This document shows, piece by piece, positions 11,665 to 24,589 of a stretch of DNA of 64,000 nt. The position numbers and the translations under genes are program-made. This DNA is from Mobula hypostoma. Taxonomy: Eukaryota. Location of the stretch: contig NC_086097.1 in assembly GCF_963921235.1 (NCBI RefSeq), positions 98,582,001 to 98,646,000 of the forward strand. The letters run 5' to 3'. The notes beneath the pieces were generated by a model. That model saw nothing but the letters and a program-made list of their open reading frames with translations, was not told the DNA's origin and made no database searches. Numbering within the stretch: position 1 is the stretch's first letter; each line of letters opens with the position of its first letter.

Positions 11665-12200
11665 GGCATAGAAACAAATAGGCCATTTGCCTCTTGTGCC
11701 TGTTCCACCTCTCAGTAATGTGCCTGATCTTTTTTCCCTTGGCTCCACTTTCCTGCAGTTAACCTCATTCTCATATTATCCACAAATCTCTCTGTCTTGA
11801 ACATAGTAACTCATTCATGGAGCAGAGAGTTTCAAAGTTTAGCTACCCACTGAATGAAGATTTCCCTTCTCGATTCCAAATGACCAGCCCCTATTTTGAG
11901 ACTAGGACTCATGGATCTAGGTTAGAGATACCCAGCTATAGAAAAAAATACCTGCATCTATTCTCTGAAATCCCATAAGAATTTTGTATGTTTCCATCAA
12001 GTCATCTCTCAATTTAAAAAGTGCAAGTCCAATCTACTTAATCTGCAGACACTCTCTTAGAATAATCTCCCAGCCATTACCTTAACCAATACTCAATCTT
12101 TGTTGTATTTCCTCTATCCCTTTGGATAGAGAGACAAGACCCATACATAATATTACAGTCTGAAGTCTCAGCAAGGCTGTATATAATTGCAATAAGATGT
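11665..12200 (-). mobile_element. Old CR1 3' fragment
   Basis: catagaaacaaataggccatt tail and degraded similarity to 62091-62680. Confidence 0.6.
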
Positions 12201-12924
12201 CTGACTCTAACCCTCCACACAGAATACCTGTGTCCAGTTGTATCAAATGGCAAGAGGCAGAATGTAAGTGTATAACAAAAGGTTTGTACTGTATTAATTC
12301 TTTATAGCTATGTGTGTAGGTGGTTGTAATATGAGGAGTGGTGATATCATAAATGACTGAATGACATGACTAGTCTATAATGTGAGAGCTAATGACTGTC
12401 ATGAAATTTTTTTAAACTGCGGATGCTGGATATCTGAAATTAAGCAAAATGCTGGAGACAATGCAGTAGGTCAGTCAACATCACAATTCAATAGATGTAT
12501 GCAAACACTGAATTAGTTCAGAGAAAATGAACTAATGTTTCAGGTCAGAGACCCGTTGTGGGTGTGAAGAAATGTTTTGTCAGATGCAATCCTGGCTTCA
12601 CATTATTGTTTTGACCTTTGATTCGATGCTGTAGGTAAGCTTCAGTGAAACAGCTAAATGAAATATGAGGGCAAGCATACCTATAACTTGTCAATGAATC
12701 TGTATCCATTGCATGTACAATGAGAAGCTTGTGATGTGGGATAGAAATGGAAATCAGGTAACAGTTTGTTACTGTCTTTGGCTTCCTGTTATAGAAGAAA
12801 TAGCTTTGTTCTTTGAAGTCAGTTGTCAAATACACTGTTAGTGAAGAAGTAAGAGGTATGGAAGGTTACTGTGACTAGAAGTGGTGTTGGGATTAACAGA
12901 TGCATACAGCGACCCCTGCATTAC

Positions 12925-13075
12925 AGTTACAGATACTGGAGATCTAAGCAACACACACAAATGGAGGAACTTGGCAGGACTGATGAAGGATCTTGACTGT
13001 TTACTCTTTTTCACAGATGCTGCCTGGCCTGCCGAGTTCCTCCAGCATTTTGTGTGTGTTGTCTGAATTACAGTT
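12925..13075. mobile_element. Palindromic Penelope-like remnant
   Basis: Inverted arms caacacacacaaat..ggaggaact / gagttcctccagcattttgtgtgtgttg around ctgatgaagg. Confidence 0.65.
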
Positions 13076-13394
13076 GTTGCAGTTCTGGAAATTTGCCCTT
13101 ATGGAATTCATAAATCATTACTCAACAATTCGACATGGAGAATAAATATTTCTTGCAGAATTTAGCTGGAGAAAAATTAAAAAGATTTATACAAAATGCA
13201 AAAGTAGTAACAAATCTGGTCTTTTTAAAACTCATTTCTTGATTCATGCAAAATAATGTTGCTTTTTTAAAGAATTAATTAACTTTGCTATCTAGCACAT
13301 TTTATTCTCTCTCCCCCCCCCCACCCCCGAGTCTTTCCACATTAATCACCCTCAAAGTATCTGTAATGAGGCCAGTAAGTTTAATTGAAACTTG

Positions 13395-16300
13395 TAGAAC
13401 ATAGAACATAGAATAGTACAGCACAGTACAGGCCCTTCGGCCCACAATGTTGTGCTGACCCTCAAACCCTGCATCCCATATAAGCCCCCACCTTAAATTC
13501 CTCCATATACCTGTCTAGTAGTTTCTTAACTTCACTAGTGTATCTGCCTCCACCACTGACTCAGGCAGTGCATTCCATGCACCAACCACTCTCTGAGTAA
13601 AAAAACTTTCCTCTAATATCCCCCTTGAACTTCCCACCCCTTGCCTTAAAGCCATGTCCTCTTGTATTGAGCAGTGGTGCCCTGGGGAAGAGTCGCTGGC
13701 TATCCACTCTATCTATTCCTCTTACTATCTTGTACATCTCTATCATGTCTCCTCTCATCCCCCTTCTCTCCAAAGAGTAAAGCCCTAGCTCTCTTAATCT
13801 CTGATCATAATGCATACTTTCTAAACCAGGCAGCATCCTGGTAAATCTCCTCTGTACCCTTTCCAATGCTTCCACATCTTTCCTATAGTGAGGTGACCAG
13901 AACTGGACACAGTAGTCCAAGTGTGGCCTAACCAGAGTTTTATAGAGCTGCATCATTACATCGCGACTCTTAAACTCTATCCCTCGACTTATGAAAGCTA
14001 ACACCCCATAAGCTTTTTTAACTACCCTATCCACCTGTGAAGCAACTTTCAGGGATCTGTGGACATGTACCCCAAGATCCCTCTGCTCCTCCCACTACCA
14101 AGTATCCTGCTATTTCCTTTGTACTCTGCCTTGGAGTTTGTCCTTCCAAAGTGTACCACCTCATACTTCTCCAGGTTGAACTCCATCTGCCACTTCTCAG
14201 CCCACTTTTGCATCCTATCAATGTCTCTCTGCAAGCTTTGACAATCCTCTACACTATCTACAACACCACCGACCTTTGTGTCATCTGCAAACTTGCCAAC
14301 CCACCCTTCTACCCCCACATCCAGGTCGTTAATAAAAATCACGATAAGTAGAGGTCCCAGAACAGATCCTTGTGGGACACCGCTAGTCACAATCTTCCAA
14401 TCTGAATGTACTCCCTCCACCACGACCCTCTGCCTTCTGCAGGCAAGCCAATTCTGAATCCACCTGGCCAAACTTCCCTGGATCCCATGCCTTCTGACTT
14501 TCTGAATAAGCCTACCGTGTAGAACCTTGTCAAATGCCTTACTAAAATCCGTATAGAACACATCCACTGCACTACCCTCATCTATGTGCCTGGTCACCTC
14601 CTCAAAGAACTCTTATCAGGCTTGTTAGACACGATGTGCCTTTCACAAAGCCATGCTGACTGTCCCTGATCAGACCATGATTCTCTAAATGCCCATAGAT
14701 CCTTTCTCTAAGAATCTTTTCCAACAGCTTTCCCACCACAGACGTAAGGCTCACTGGTCTATAATTACCCGGACTATCCCTACTACCTTTTTTGAACAAG
14801 GGGACAACATTTGCCTCCCTCCAATCCTCCGGTACCATTCCCGTGGACAACGAGGACATAAAGATCCTAGCCAGAGGCTCAGCAATCTCTTCTCTTGCCT
14901 TGTGGAGCAGCCTGGGGAATATTCCGTCAGGCCCTAGGGACTTATCTGCCCTAATGTATTTTAACAACTCCAACACCTCCTCTCCCTTAATATCAACATG
15001 CTCCAGAACATCAACCTCACTCATATTGTCCTCACCATCATCAAGTTCCCTCTCATTGGTGAATACCGAAGAGAAGTATTCATTGAGGACCTTGCTCACT
15101 TCCACAGCCTCCAGGCACATCTTCCCACCTTTATCTCTAATCGGTCCTACCTTCACTCCTGTCATCCTTTTTTTCTTCCCATAATTGAAGAATGCCTTGG
15201 GGTTTTCCTTTACCCTACTCACCAAGGCCTTCTCATGCCCCCTTCTTGCTCTTCTCAGCCCCTTCTTAAGCTCCTTTCTTGCTTCCCTATACGTATTTCT
15301 CAATAGACCCATTTGATCCCTGCTTCCTAAACCTCATGTATGCTGCCGCCTTCCACCTGACTAGATTTTCCACCTCACTTGTCACTCATGGTTCCTTCAC
15401 CCTACCATTCTTTATCTTCCTCACCGGGACAAATTTATCCCTAACATCCCGCAAGAGACCCCTAAACATCGACCACATGTCCATTGTACATTTCCCTGCA
15501 AAAACATCATCCCAATTCACACCCGCAAGTTCTAGCTTTATAGCCTCATAATTTGCCTTTCCCCAATTAAAAGTTTTCCTGTCCTCTCTAATTCTATCCT
15601 TTTCCATGATAATGCTGAAGGCCAGGGAGTGATGGTCACTGTCCCCCAGATGGTCACCCACTGAGAGATCTGTGACCTGACCCGGTTCATTACCTAGTAC
15701 TAGATCTAGTATGGCATTCCCCCGGTCGGCCTGTCCACATACTGTGACAGGAATTCGTCCTGGACGCACTTAACAAACTCTGCCCCATCTAAACCCTTGG
15801 AACTAATCAGGTGCCAATCAAAATTAGGGAAGTTAAAGTCACCCATGATAACAACCCTGTTATTTTTGCACCTTTCAAAAATCTGCCTCCTAATCTGCTC
15901 CTCTGTATCTCTGCTGCTACCAGGGGACCTATAGAATACCTCCAATAGAGTAACTGCTCCCTTCCTGTTCCTGACTTCCACCCATACTGAATCAAAAGAG
16001 GATCCTGCTACATTACCCACCCTTTCTGTAGCTATAATAGTATCCCTGACCAGTAATGCCACCCCTCCTACCCTTTTTCCACTCTCTCTATCCCTTTTAA
16101 AGCACTGAAATCCAGGAATATTGAGAATCCATTCCTGCCCTGGTGCTAGCCAAGTCTCTGTAATGGCCACTATATCATAATTCCATGTATGTATCCAAGC
16201 TCTCAGTTCATCACCTTTGTTCCTGATGCTTCTTGCATTGAGGTACGCACATTTCAGCCCTTCTACCTTGCTGTCTTTACACCGTTTATTCTGCTTCTCT

Positions 16301-16930
16301 TTCCTCAAAGCCTCTCTATATGTTAGATTTGGCTTTACTCCATGCACTTCTTTCACTGCTCTATCGCTCTGGGTCCCATCCCCCTTGCAAATTAGTTTAA
16401 ACCCTCCTGAACCATGCTAGCAAACCTACCTGCAAGGATATTGCTCCCCCTCAGGTTCAGGTGCAACCCATCCAATCTGTACAGGTCCCACCTTCCCCAG
16501 AAGAGATCCCAATGATCCAAATATCTAAAATCCTGCTCCCTGCACTAATTCCTCAGCCACGCATTCAACTGCCATCTCCTCCAATTCTTACCATCACTGT
16601 CACGTAGCACTGGTAGCAATCCTGAGAACACCACCCTTGACGTCCTGTTCTTCAGCCTTCTGCCTAGTTCCTGAAACTCACACTTCAGGACCTCATCCCT
16701 CTCCCTGCCTATGTCGTTGGTCCCAACATGTATCACGACTTCTGGTTGCTTTCCCTCTTGTACCAGGATGTGCACCCGGTCAGAGACATCCCGGACCCTG
16801 GCACCCGGGAGGCAACAAACCATGCAGGTGTCCTTATCACGTCCACAAAATCTCCTGTCTGCTCCCCTGATTATAGAGTCTCCAATGACGACAACTCTCC
16901 TCTTCTCTGTCCCATGCTTCTGCACCATCG
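13395..16930 (-). mobile_element. Near-full-length CR1 LINE: 3' part of ORF1 (SGNH/GDSL esterase) plus ORF2 (APE endonuclease and RT), broken by several frameshifts
   Basis: ORF1 motifs VVVIGDSIIRG, CCLPGARVRDV, VIHVGTND. APE motifs YLNARSIRNK, IVAITETWL, IMGDFNFP, DSDH. RT motifs PGNYRPVSLTS, SGVPQGSVLGP, KFADDTK, LVRPHLDYC. Tail is a (TTCTATG)n-type repeat at 13395-13415. Confidence 0.96.
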
Positions 16931-17177
16931 GGTGCACAATCATATTCATTGCAAGTTATTTCATTAAACTTAACTAGATTTCATATGTGTTCAACCATGG
17001 CTTTCCTGCCTTTTACAGCTTGTTTGGATTTAAAATCATGTTTCAGATTGAACTTGATAGCTTTCAGGCATAACAAAATTGCATTGGATTGTGATCATTC
17101 TTCCTTTAAGGCCTTTAACTATTAGTTAACCTGTTTTCATTGCACAAATTGACTGGGACTTACATACTGTAAAATGA

Positions 17178-19720
17178 CGAGATGGGATAGTTTGTCAAAT
17201 CTATTCAGTAAAATTTTCTTAATCAGTATATAGAAGTCCCAATGAGAGCGTGTGCAATACTTGATCTCTTGTGAAGGAATGAGACAGGGCAGTTGACAGA
17301 AGTTTGTGTAGGGGAACACATTGCATCTAGTGATCATAATGCCATTAGTTTCAAGGTATTTATGGAAAAGGATAGGTCTGGCCCTTGGGTTGAGATTGTA
17401 AATTGGAGAAAAGCCAATTTTGATGGCATCAGAAAAGATCTGGTAAGTGTGGGTTGGGACAGGCTATTTTCAGGCAGAGATGTGCTTGGTAAGTGGGAGA
17501 CCTCAAAAGTAAAAAGTGTATATGTGCCTGTCAGAATAAAAGATGAGAATAACAAGTTTAGGGAGCCTTAGTTTTCCAGAGATATTGAGGCCCTCATTAA
17601 GGAAAAAAAGGAGGTGCATAAGAGGTATGGACAGGTGGGAACAAATGAGGTACTTGAGTATAAGAAATGCAAGAGAACACTTAAAGAGGGCATGAGGTTG
17701 TTCTAGCAGCCGAGGTGAAGGAGAATCCTAACGGTTTCTACAGATATGTTTAAGAGTAAAAGGATTGCAAGGGACAAAATTGATCCTATGGAAGATTGGA
17801 ATGATAATCTGTGTTGAGCCAAAAGAGATGGTGGAGATCTTAAATAGATTTTTACATCTGTATTTACTTGGGAGGCAGACACAATCTATAGAGGTGAGGC
17901 AAAGCAGCAGCAAGGACGTGTACCCAATTCAGATTACAGATAAATTAGGATGGACAAATTCCCAGGGCCTGACAAGGCATTCCCTCAGACTCTGTGGGAA
18001 ACAAGTGCAGAAATTGCAGGGATCCTAGCAGAGATATTTAAATCATCCTTAGTAACAGGTGAGGTACTGGAGGATAGCTAATGCTGTAATGCTGTTTTAG
18101 AAAGGCTCTAAGAATAAACCAGGAAGTTATAGGCTGGTGTACTTGACATCAGTAGTGGATATGTTGTTGGGAGATATTCTAAGTGACTGGATTTATGAGT
18201 ATTTGTATATTTCGGATGATTAGGTGTGGTCAGCATGGCTTCATGTGTCGTAGGTTGTGTTTTACGAGGAAGTTACCAGGAAAGTTGATGAAGACAAGGC
18301 AATGGATGTTGTCTACATGGACTTTAGCAAGATTTTTGACAGTGTCCTACATGGGAGGCTGGTCAAGAAGGATCAGTTGCTTGGCATTCAAGATGAAGCA
18401 GGAAATTGGAGTAGACATTGGCTTTGCAGGAGAAGCCAGAGTGTGGTAGTGGAGAGTTGCCTCTCTGACTGGAGGCCTGTGACCAGTGGAGTGCTGCAGG
18501 GATCGGTGCTGGGTCCATTGTTGTTTGTCATCTATATCAGCACTATGAGTGATGATGTAGTTAACTCGATCAGTAAACTTGTGGATGACACCAAGATTGG
18601 GGGTGTAGTGAACATTGAGGAAGACTATAAAAGCTTGCAGTAGGATCTGGACCAACTGGGAAAATGGGCTGTAAAATAGCAGATGGAATTTAATGTAGGC
18701 AAGTGTGAGGTGTTGTACTTTGGGAGGACCAGCCAGGGTAGGTCTTGCACCCTAAATGGTAGGGCACTGATGAGAGCGGTAGAACAATGGGATCTGAAGG
18801 TCCATACTTCATTGAAAGTGGTGTCACAGATAGATAGGGTTGTAAAGAAAGCTCTTGGCACATTGGCTTTCATAGATCAAAGTACTGAGGACAGGAGTTG
18901 GGATGTTATGTTGAAGTTGTATAAGACATTGGTGAGGCCTAATTTGGAATACTGTGTGCAGCTTTGGTCACTGACCTACAGGAAAGATGTAAATAAGATT
19001 GGAAAAAGTACAGAGTAAATTTACAAGGATGAGGTTTATGAGGATGATTCCGAGAATGAATATGAATGTTTGACAGCTTTGAACAGAGGTAAGGAGGAAC
19101 TTCTTTAGCCAGAGATTAGTAAATCTGTGGAATGCTCTGCCACAGATTGCAGTGGGGGCCAAGTCCGTGTGTATATTTAAGGTGGAAGTTGATAGTTTCC
19201 TGATCGGTCAGGGCATCAAAGGATATAGCGAGAAGGCAGGTGTGTGGGGTTGAGTTGGATCTGGGATCGGCCATGATGGAACGGAGGAGCAGACTAAATG
19301 GACTGAATGGCCTAATTCTGCTCCTATGTCATATTGTCTGATGGATGTTGCTGGGACTGCAGGACCTAAGTGATGAGGAAAGATTAAATAGATTAGAACT
19401 TTATTCCCTAGAATGTTGAAGATTGGGTAAGTGCAAGCAAGCTTCTTCTGTAGTTTGTTGAGGCTACAACTAGAGATCTGGGTTAAGTGTGAAAAGTGAA
19501 ATGTTTAATGGGAACATGAGGGGAAGCTTCAGCCAGAAGGTGGTGAGAGTGTGGAATAAGCTGGCAGTGCAAGAGGTGGATGCGATTTCAATTTAGTTTG
19601 GATAGGTCTGGGGGGATATGGTCCCGGTGCCAGTTGATGGGAGTAGGAAATTTAAATTGTGAGACATGGACTTGGTGGACTGAAGGCCTGTTTTGGTGCT
19701 GTAGTTTTTTTATGAATCTA
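17178..19720 (+). mobile_element. 5'-truncated decayed CR1 LINE
   Basis: Fragments SSDHNAISF, DVVYMDFSKIFD, TSGVLQGSVLGPLLF, LVDDTKIGG, LVRPNLEYCVQLWS. CR1 tail at about 19665-19715. Confidence 0.92.
19032..19342 (+). mobile_element. Second-subfamily CR1 3' fragment nested in the host CR1, flanked by GGATG duplication
   Basis: Host tttacaaGGATG|ttgctggg is split; GGATG at 19027-19031 and 19343-19347. The guest has its own tail ...ggcctaattctgctcctatgtc. Confidence 0.75.
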
Positions 19721-19751
19721 AATTCTAGATCCAAAATAGACCGTTTCTTTG

Positions 19752-19898
19752 TTGCAACACACATAAAGTGCTGGTGGGTCTTGGCCTGAAACGTCGACTG
19801 TACTTCTTCCTATAGATGCTGCCTGGCCTGCTGCGTTCCACCAGCATTTTGTGTGTGTTGCTTGAATTTCCAGCATCTGCAGATTTCCTCATGTTTGC
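19752..19898. mobile_element. Palindromic Penelope-like remnant
   Basis: gcaacacacataaagtgctggtgg / ccaccagcattttgtgtgtgttgc inverted arms around gggtcttggcctgaaacgtcgac. Confidence 0.7.
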
Positions 19899-20254
19899 TG
19901 TTTCTTTGTTGGTTGCTCAACATACTAATCTAGAAAACTATGTAGTACCCACTCCAACATACATTAATTATCCAACATATTATTGCTGCTAATTTGGTTT
20001 GCCAAGTTTGTGCAGTATGGAGGTTAAAGTTTTCGATTTTTATTGCATTGTGCTTGTTACATGCATCTCACATCTCCTGATTTATGCTATGCATTCTGAA
20101 ATCCATTATGCCCTCCCTTCCAGAGAGACTGGTTGTCATTGTATTTCACCATCATTCTCTAGTTTTCTAAATTCTTCTACAATTTCAGTTTCTTCTTGAA
20201 ATGTCTATAGATGCATGGTGGAGGGTGTCCTAATTTGGTGCATCAGGGCTTTGT

Positions 20255-21400
20255 ATAATAAGTACTTTATTGATCCCAAGTGGGAAATTATTTTGTTACT
20301 ACAGCAACATTGAAAAACACACTTAGCAATAATAATAATAAATATAATACTAACTAATAAAGTACAGAATAATATGCACAACAATTTACCAATGTGCAAT
20401 ACTAATGTAGGAAATACAAACGTTTGTAATAAAACAGATAATATTGTACTATGATGTGTGTTCTCCTGTTGCACAGAGATGAACTGTTGTAGGTACTTAA
20501 TGCATTTGATAGGAAAGATTTTCTGTATTGATCCTTGTGACACCAGAGCTGAATGAGTCTGTTTGAAAGGGTGCTCTGCAGCTTATTCAGTAAGTCATGG
20601 AGAGGGTGTGCCTGGTTGTTCATAATGGATAACAGTTTGTTAAGTGACCTCCTCTCCACCACTAACGCAAGGATGGATCCAGGCCTTTTTGATGAGTTTA
20701 TTTAGTCTTTTTGCATCACCAGCACCTATGCTGCTCCCCAAACATAAAGCTGCAAAGAAAGCTGCACTCGCTACAACAGACTGGTAAAAGATCTCCCACA
20801 TCCTGCTGCACACATTGAAGGGTCTCAGCTTCCTTAGAAAATAGTCTGTTCATCTCCTTGTACAACAGCCTTGGTGTTGATTTTCTAGTCAAATTTATTG
20901 TTGAGGTGAACACCCAAGTATTTGTACACCACCACCACCACCGCAACAACTTCTCCCAGAATGTATGCAGGACTCATCACAGTCCTTTTCCTCCTAAAAT
21001 CAATCACCATCTCCCTGGATTTGGCCACATTCAAGAGTAGGCGATTCCTCCCTCACTACTCCACAAACTTGTCTAGCAGTCCTCTATACTTAGACTCCTG
21101 CCCATCTCTGAAACATCCAACCACTGCAGAGTCATCAGAGAATTTCTGCAAGTGACAAGACTCAGATTTGTACTGAATGTCTGAGCTGTACAGTGTGAAC
21201 AGAAACGGAGACAGGACAGTCCCTTGTGAGGTCAGATGCCACTCACCACCATCTCAAACAGCTGTACAAACTGGGGTCTCTCTGTCAGGTAGTCTGTAAT
21301 CCAGGAGATAGTGGATTTGTTTACACCCATCCTTTGTGGCTTCTCACTCAGAAGAAGTGGCTGGATTGTATTGAAGACACTAGAGAAATCAAAAAAATGT
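20255..21400 (-). mobile_element. Rex1/Babar-like LINE, 3' portion of RT
   Basis: Minus-strand remnants GTVLSPFLFTLYSSD, CHLQKFSDDSAVVG, YKYLGVHLNNK and NKLLSIMNNQAHPLH. Minus-strand AATAAA tail near 20267. Confidence 0.8.
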
Positions 21401-21419
21401 GAAGCACTATGGAAGCACT

Positions 21420-21900
21420 AATGGCCAGAAAAGAAAAGACTAAAGAAAGTGGTGGATAAAGCCCAGTCCATCATAGGCAAAGCCCTTCCTACCATTGAGA
21501 TTCCCACAAGAAAGCAACATCCATCATCATAGTTCCCCACCATCCAGGCCGTGCTATATTCTTGCTATTACCATTGGGCAGAAGGTACAGAAGCCTTGGG
21601 TCCTATACCACCAGGTTCAAGAACAGTTACTACCCTACAACCATCAAGCTCCTGAACTGGTGTGAAAACTTCATTCACCACAACACTAAACTGATTGCAT
21701 GACCAACAGACTTGCTTTCAAGGACTCAATAACTCGTATTCTCAGTATTATTTGTTTTTATAATATGCACAGTCTTCGTTTGAACATTTATCTGTCTTTG
21801 TTATACCATTTTTAAGTTCCATAGTATTTATTTTCCCATAAATGCCTGCAAGGAAATGAATCTTGTAACATATATGCACTTCTTTAATAAATTTTTTGAA
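21420..21900 (+). mobile_element. Rex1/Babar- or L2-like LINE 3' fragment
   Basis: HHPGRAIFLLLPLGRRYRSL..TTRFKNSYYP remnant, T-rich 3' UTR and aataaa tail at about 21887. Confidence 0.7.
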
Positions 21901-22289
21901 ATTTCACCTCTCCCAAATCCCACTTCAGCAAGCACTATTTAGTTTGAAGCCGTAGTTATGGCTCAAGTTGCTCAGTTTGAATGAAACCCGTCCCACTGGA
22001 GCAATGCTCTTTCCCCACTACAAGGGCCATTATATCTCACCATTTGCACGTGGCTCAAGTACTAATCCAAAGTTATTACATTTGTGGTTCTGCATGTTAA
22101 TATGGAGCTCAGCTGTTCATATTGCCTCATTTGTCTTACCTAGAGTATTTTGTTGGTTCTCACAATCCTAGCTCTGAACAACGGCTCTCAGTGGTAAAGA
22201 ACAATATTTTCACCCAACTATACTGTCCCCATCACTATAATCCTGTTCAGTCCCCAGAAATGTGAGGGGTATTATTTTGTTCATCATCT

Positions 22290-22790
22290 TTCTGTTGTAT
22301 AAAATGTTGACGAGGCTGTTGTTGGAATACTGTGCGCAGTTCTCACATTGCAGGAAGAATGTGTTTAAGCTGGAGAGGAACAGAAAAGAATCACAATTAT
22401 ATTATCTGAAATGGAGGTCTTTAGTTATTGGGAGAGATGGAGTAGGCTGGGTCTCCTCCCTGAATCAAAGGAGGCTGAGAGTTGATGTGATATAGGTATT
22501 CAAAATTAAGAGGCATAGAAGGCAATTTCGCATGGTAGGGGTGTGTAAAACTAGAGGGCATGGGTTTAAGGTGAGCAGGAGGAATTTAAAGGGAATCTAA
22601 AAGGTAGAATAGTTGGTATCTGTATTGAGATGCAAGAGGAGGCTGGAACAAAAACAACATTTATAAGCATCTGGACAGGAACTGGAACGGGTAGACCATA
22701 GCGGAATATGGAATTAATGCAGGCAAGTAGGATTAGTATAGACAGTCATAATGGTCAAAGGACCTGTTTCTATCCTCTGCAACTCTTTAG
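22290..22790 (+). mobile_element. Old CR1 3' fragment
   Basis: LYKMLTRLLLEYCAQF...RRLRVDVI remnant and aagggacctgtttctatcct tail. Confidence 0.75.
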
Positions 22791-23054
22791 GAACTGAGTA
22801 TCCTTAAAAACTGAGGGTAACTGGAATGTAGTACTCAGAATGACTGGCTTCCCTCTTACATGAAACACAGAAAATTAATGTGAAGGCAGTAAGAGCACAC
22901 AAAGTAATCTTACTGAAATTAAATAGGGTCTGGTTGAAAGCACACCTGAAGTTTGCCAAACCACAATGGGCTCCTTACTCAAAGAAATATACACATGCTG
23001 AGAGGGAGGGGGGTGGATTGTTCCAAGAGGAATTGTTAGCTCAGCATACATATA

Positions 23055-23475
23055 GCTTTAGAGAACCAACACCAAAACAGACCCTTCAGCCCAACTCTCC
23101 CATGCCGACTGAAGTGCCTGCCTGAGCTAGTCCTATCCAATGTATCCTATCCTAAATGCTTTTAAAATTATAGTTGTACTTGTCTCCACCCACCATCCGA
23201 CGTGTGGAAAAACACCCCTAGGTCCCTTTAAAATCTTGCCTCTCTCAAATTAAACCAATATTCTTTAATTTTGGGCTCTCCTACCCTGAAATAAAGACTG
23301 TAACTAGCCTATCCCATTTTATGTCCTTCACAATGTTCTAACCTTCCCTCAGGTCAGGTCACTTCTCAGCCTCTTTAACTCCAGGGAAAATTGACCCAGC
23401 TTATCCAGTCTCTCCTTGAGCCTCAAGCCCAACAGTCCAAGTAACATATCTGTGAATCTTTTCTGAATCCTCTAG
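23055..23475 (-). mobile_element. Old CR1 3' fragment
   Basis: aaacagacccttcagcccaac tail and degraded RT C-terminal similarity. Confidence 0.6.
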
Positions 23476-23661
23476 CTTGGTGAAGATGTGTAACTTTTAA
23501 GGTATTCTCAATCTGTATAGGACTTGGCCATCCACAAACCAAGAGTCCATACTACTTTATCCAGTGGTTAAACTTTCCAACCTCCCACTTGTACAACCTC
23601 CTCTGTAATGTCTCTCGCCTTGATGGTTGGGGAGGAGGTTCTGTAGCAGTGTAGTGGTTAT

Positions 23662-23902
23662 TGTTATGTTATGTAACTTCAGAAACTATAATCAAAAGAA
23701 AAACACAGGAGACGGGAGAGGCACGTATACTTAATTTTATCTTTTCTTGAGTAAGGCGCACACATATGACGTGTCGTAATGACGTATACCATTCATGTTC
23801 TTTTACATATAACCCATAATGAATTGTGTAAACAAAGAATGCTTAATCAAACAATATATTTACAATATTATCAAATATTACTAAAATATTAAATGCATTA
23901 CA
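23662..23902. mobile_element. Solo LTR (241 bp) with 5-bp TSD GTTAT
   Basis: TG...CA termini with imperfect inverted repeat TGTTATG/CATTACA. GTTAT at 23657-23661 and 23903-23907. Confidence 0.7.
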
Positions 23903-24589
23903 GTTATGGGAGCTAATAATCCAGTGAAGTATTAGTTGAGGTCCCAGCATAGCCATTCAGGAATCTGAATTACGCTTTAAAGTAATCAGCTATCAGTAAT
24001 AAGTAGCCATTGTCAATAAAATCACAAGCATGTTAGGTTTTTACTAAATCTTGTGTGGCAGTTCAGTGTGCCGATCAGGTAGGAAACCTGTGGGCTTCTT
24101 GTGTGACTTCTGTCCCGCAGCAGCAATGACTTCCTTGACCACATCATTCAGTTGGGCTATAGGAGAGGGCATTGCATAATTAAAACCATACCTTATGTTC
24201 ATAAAATTATTTACCATTTCTCCTGATCCCATTCTGTCTCTTTTCTGCCCCTCTTAGCCTTCTTTAGTGTTATAATTCCTGTGATGTCCATAGATTCAAC
24301 ATGTCACTCATGCCCCACTCCAGTGAAATTTTCCACCACATCCCAAGAATTCCACCTTCTCTGCATTCCCCTTACATTCAGTTGGAACATCTGCAGTCTA
24401 CACTCTGAGAGTCTCCAGGATGTATTTGGTATTAACCTATTGACTATTTTATCTGAAATTAGTTCTTTTCTATTCAGAGTGTTTCATTGTTCACTAATCT
24501 CACCCACGTGGAATTGTTACTGACACAGGCGCCATTGCCTTTCACACTGCATGTACGTATTCAAGACGAGCTTTTCACTGTACCTCAGT

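Noticed and set aside
9239..11748. Several 60-150 aa ORFs in and after the INO80 3' UTR
   Set aside because: No recognisable domains or splice structure; lengths are compatible with chance.
13561..16949. CR1 ORFs as an active retrotransposon or host gene
   Set aside because: ORF2 is split over several frames by frameshifts and stops, and ORF1 lacks its 5' part.
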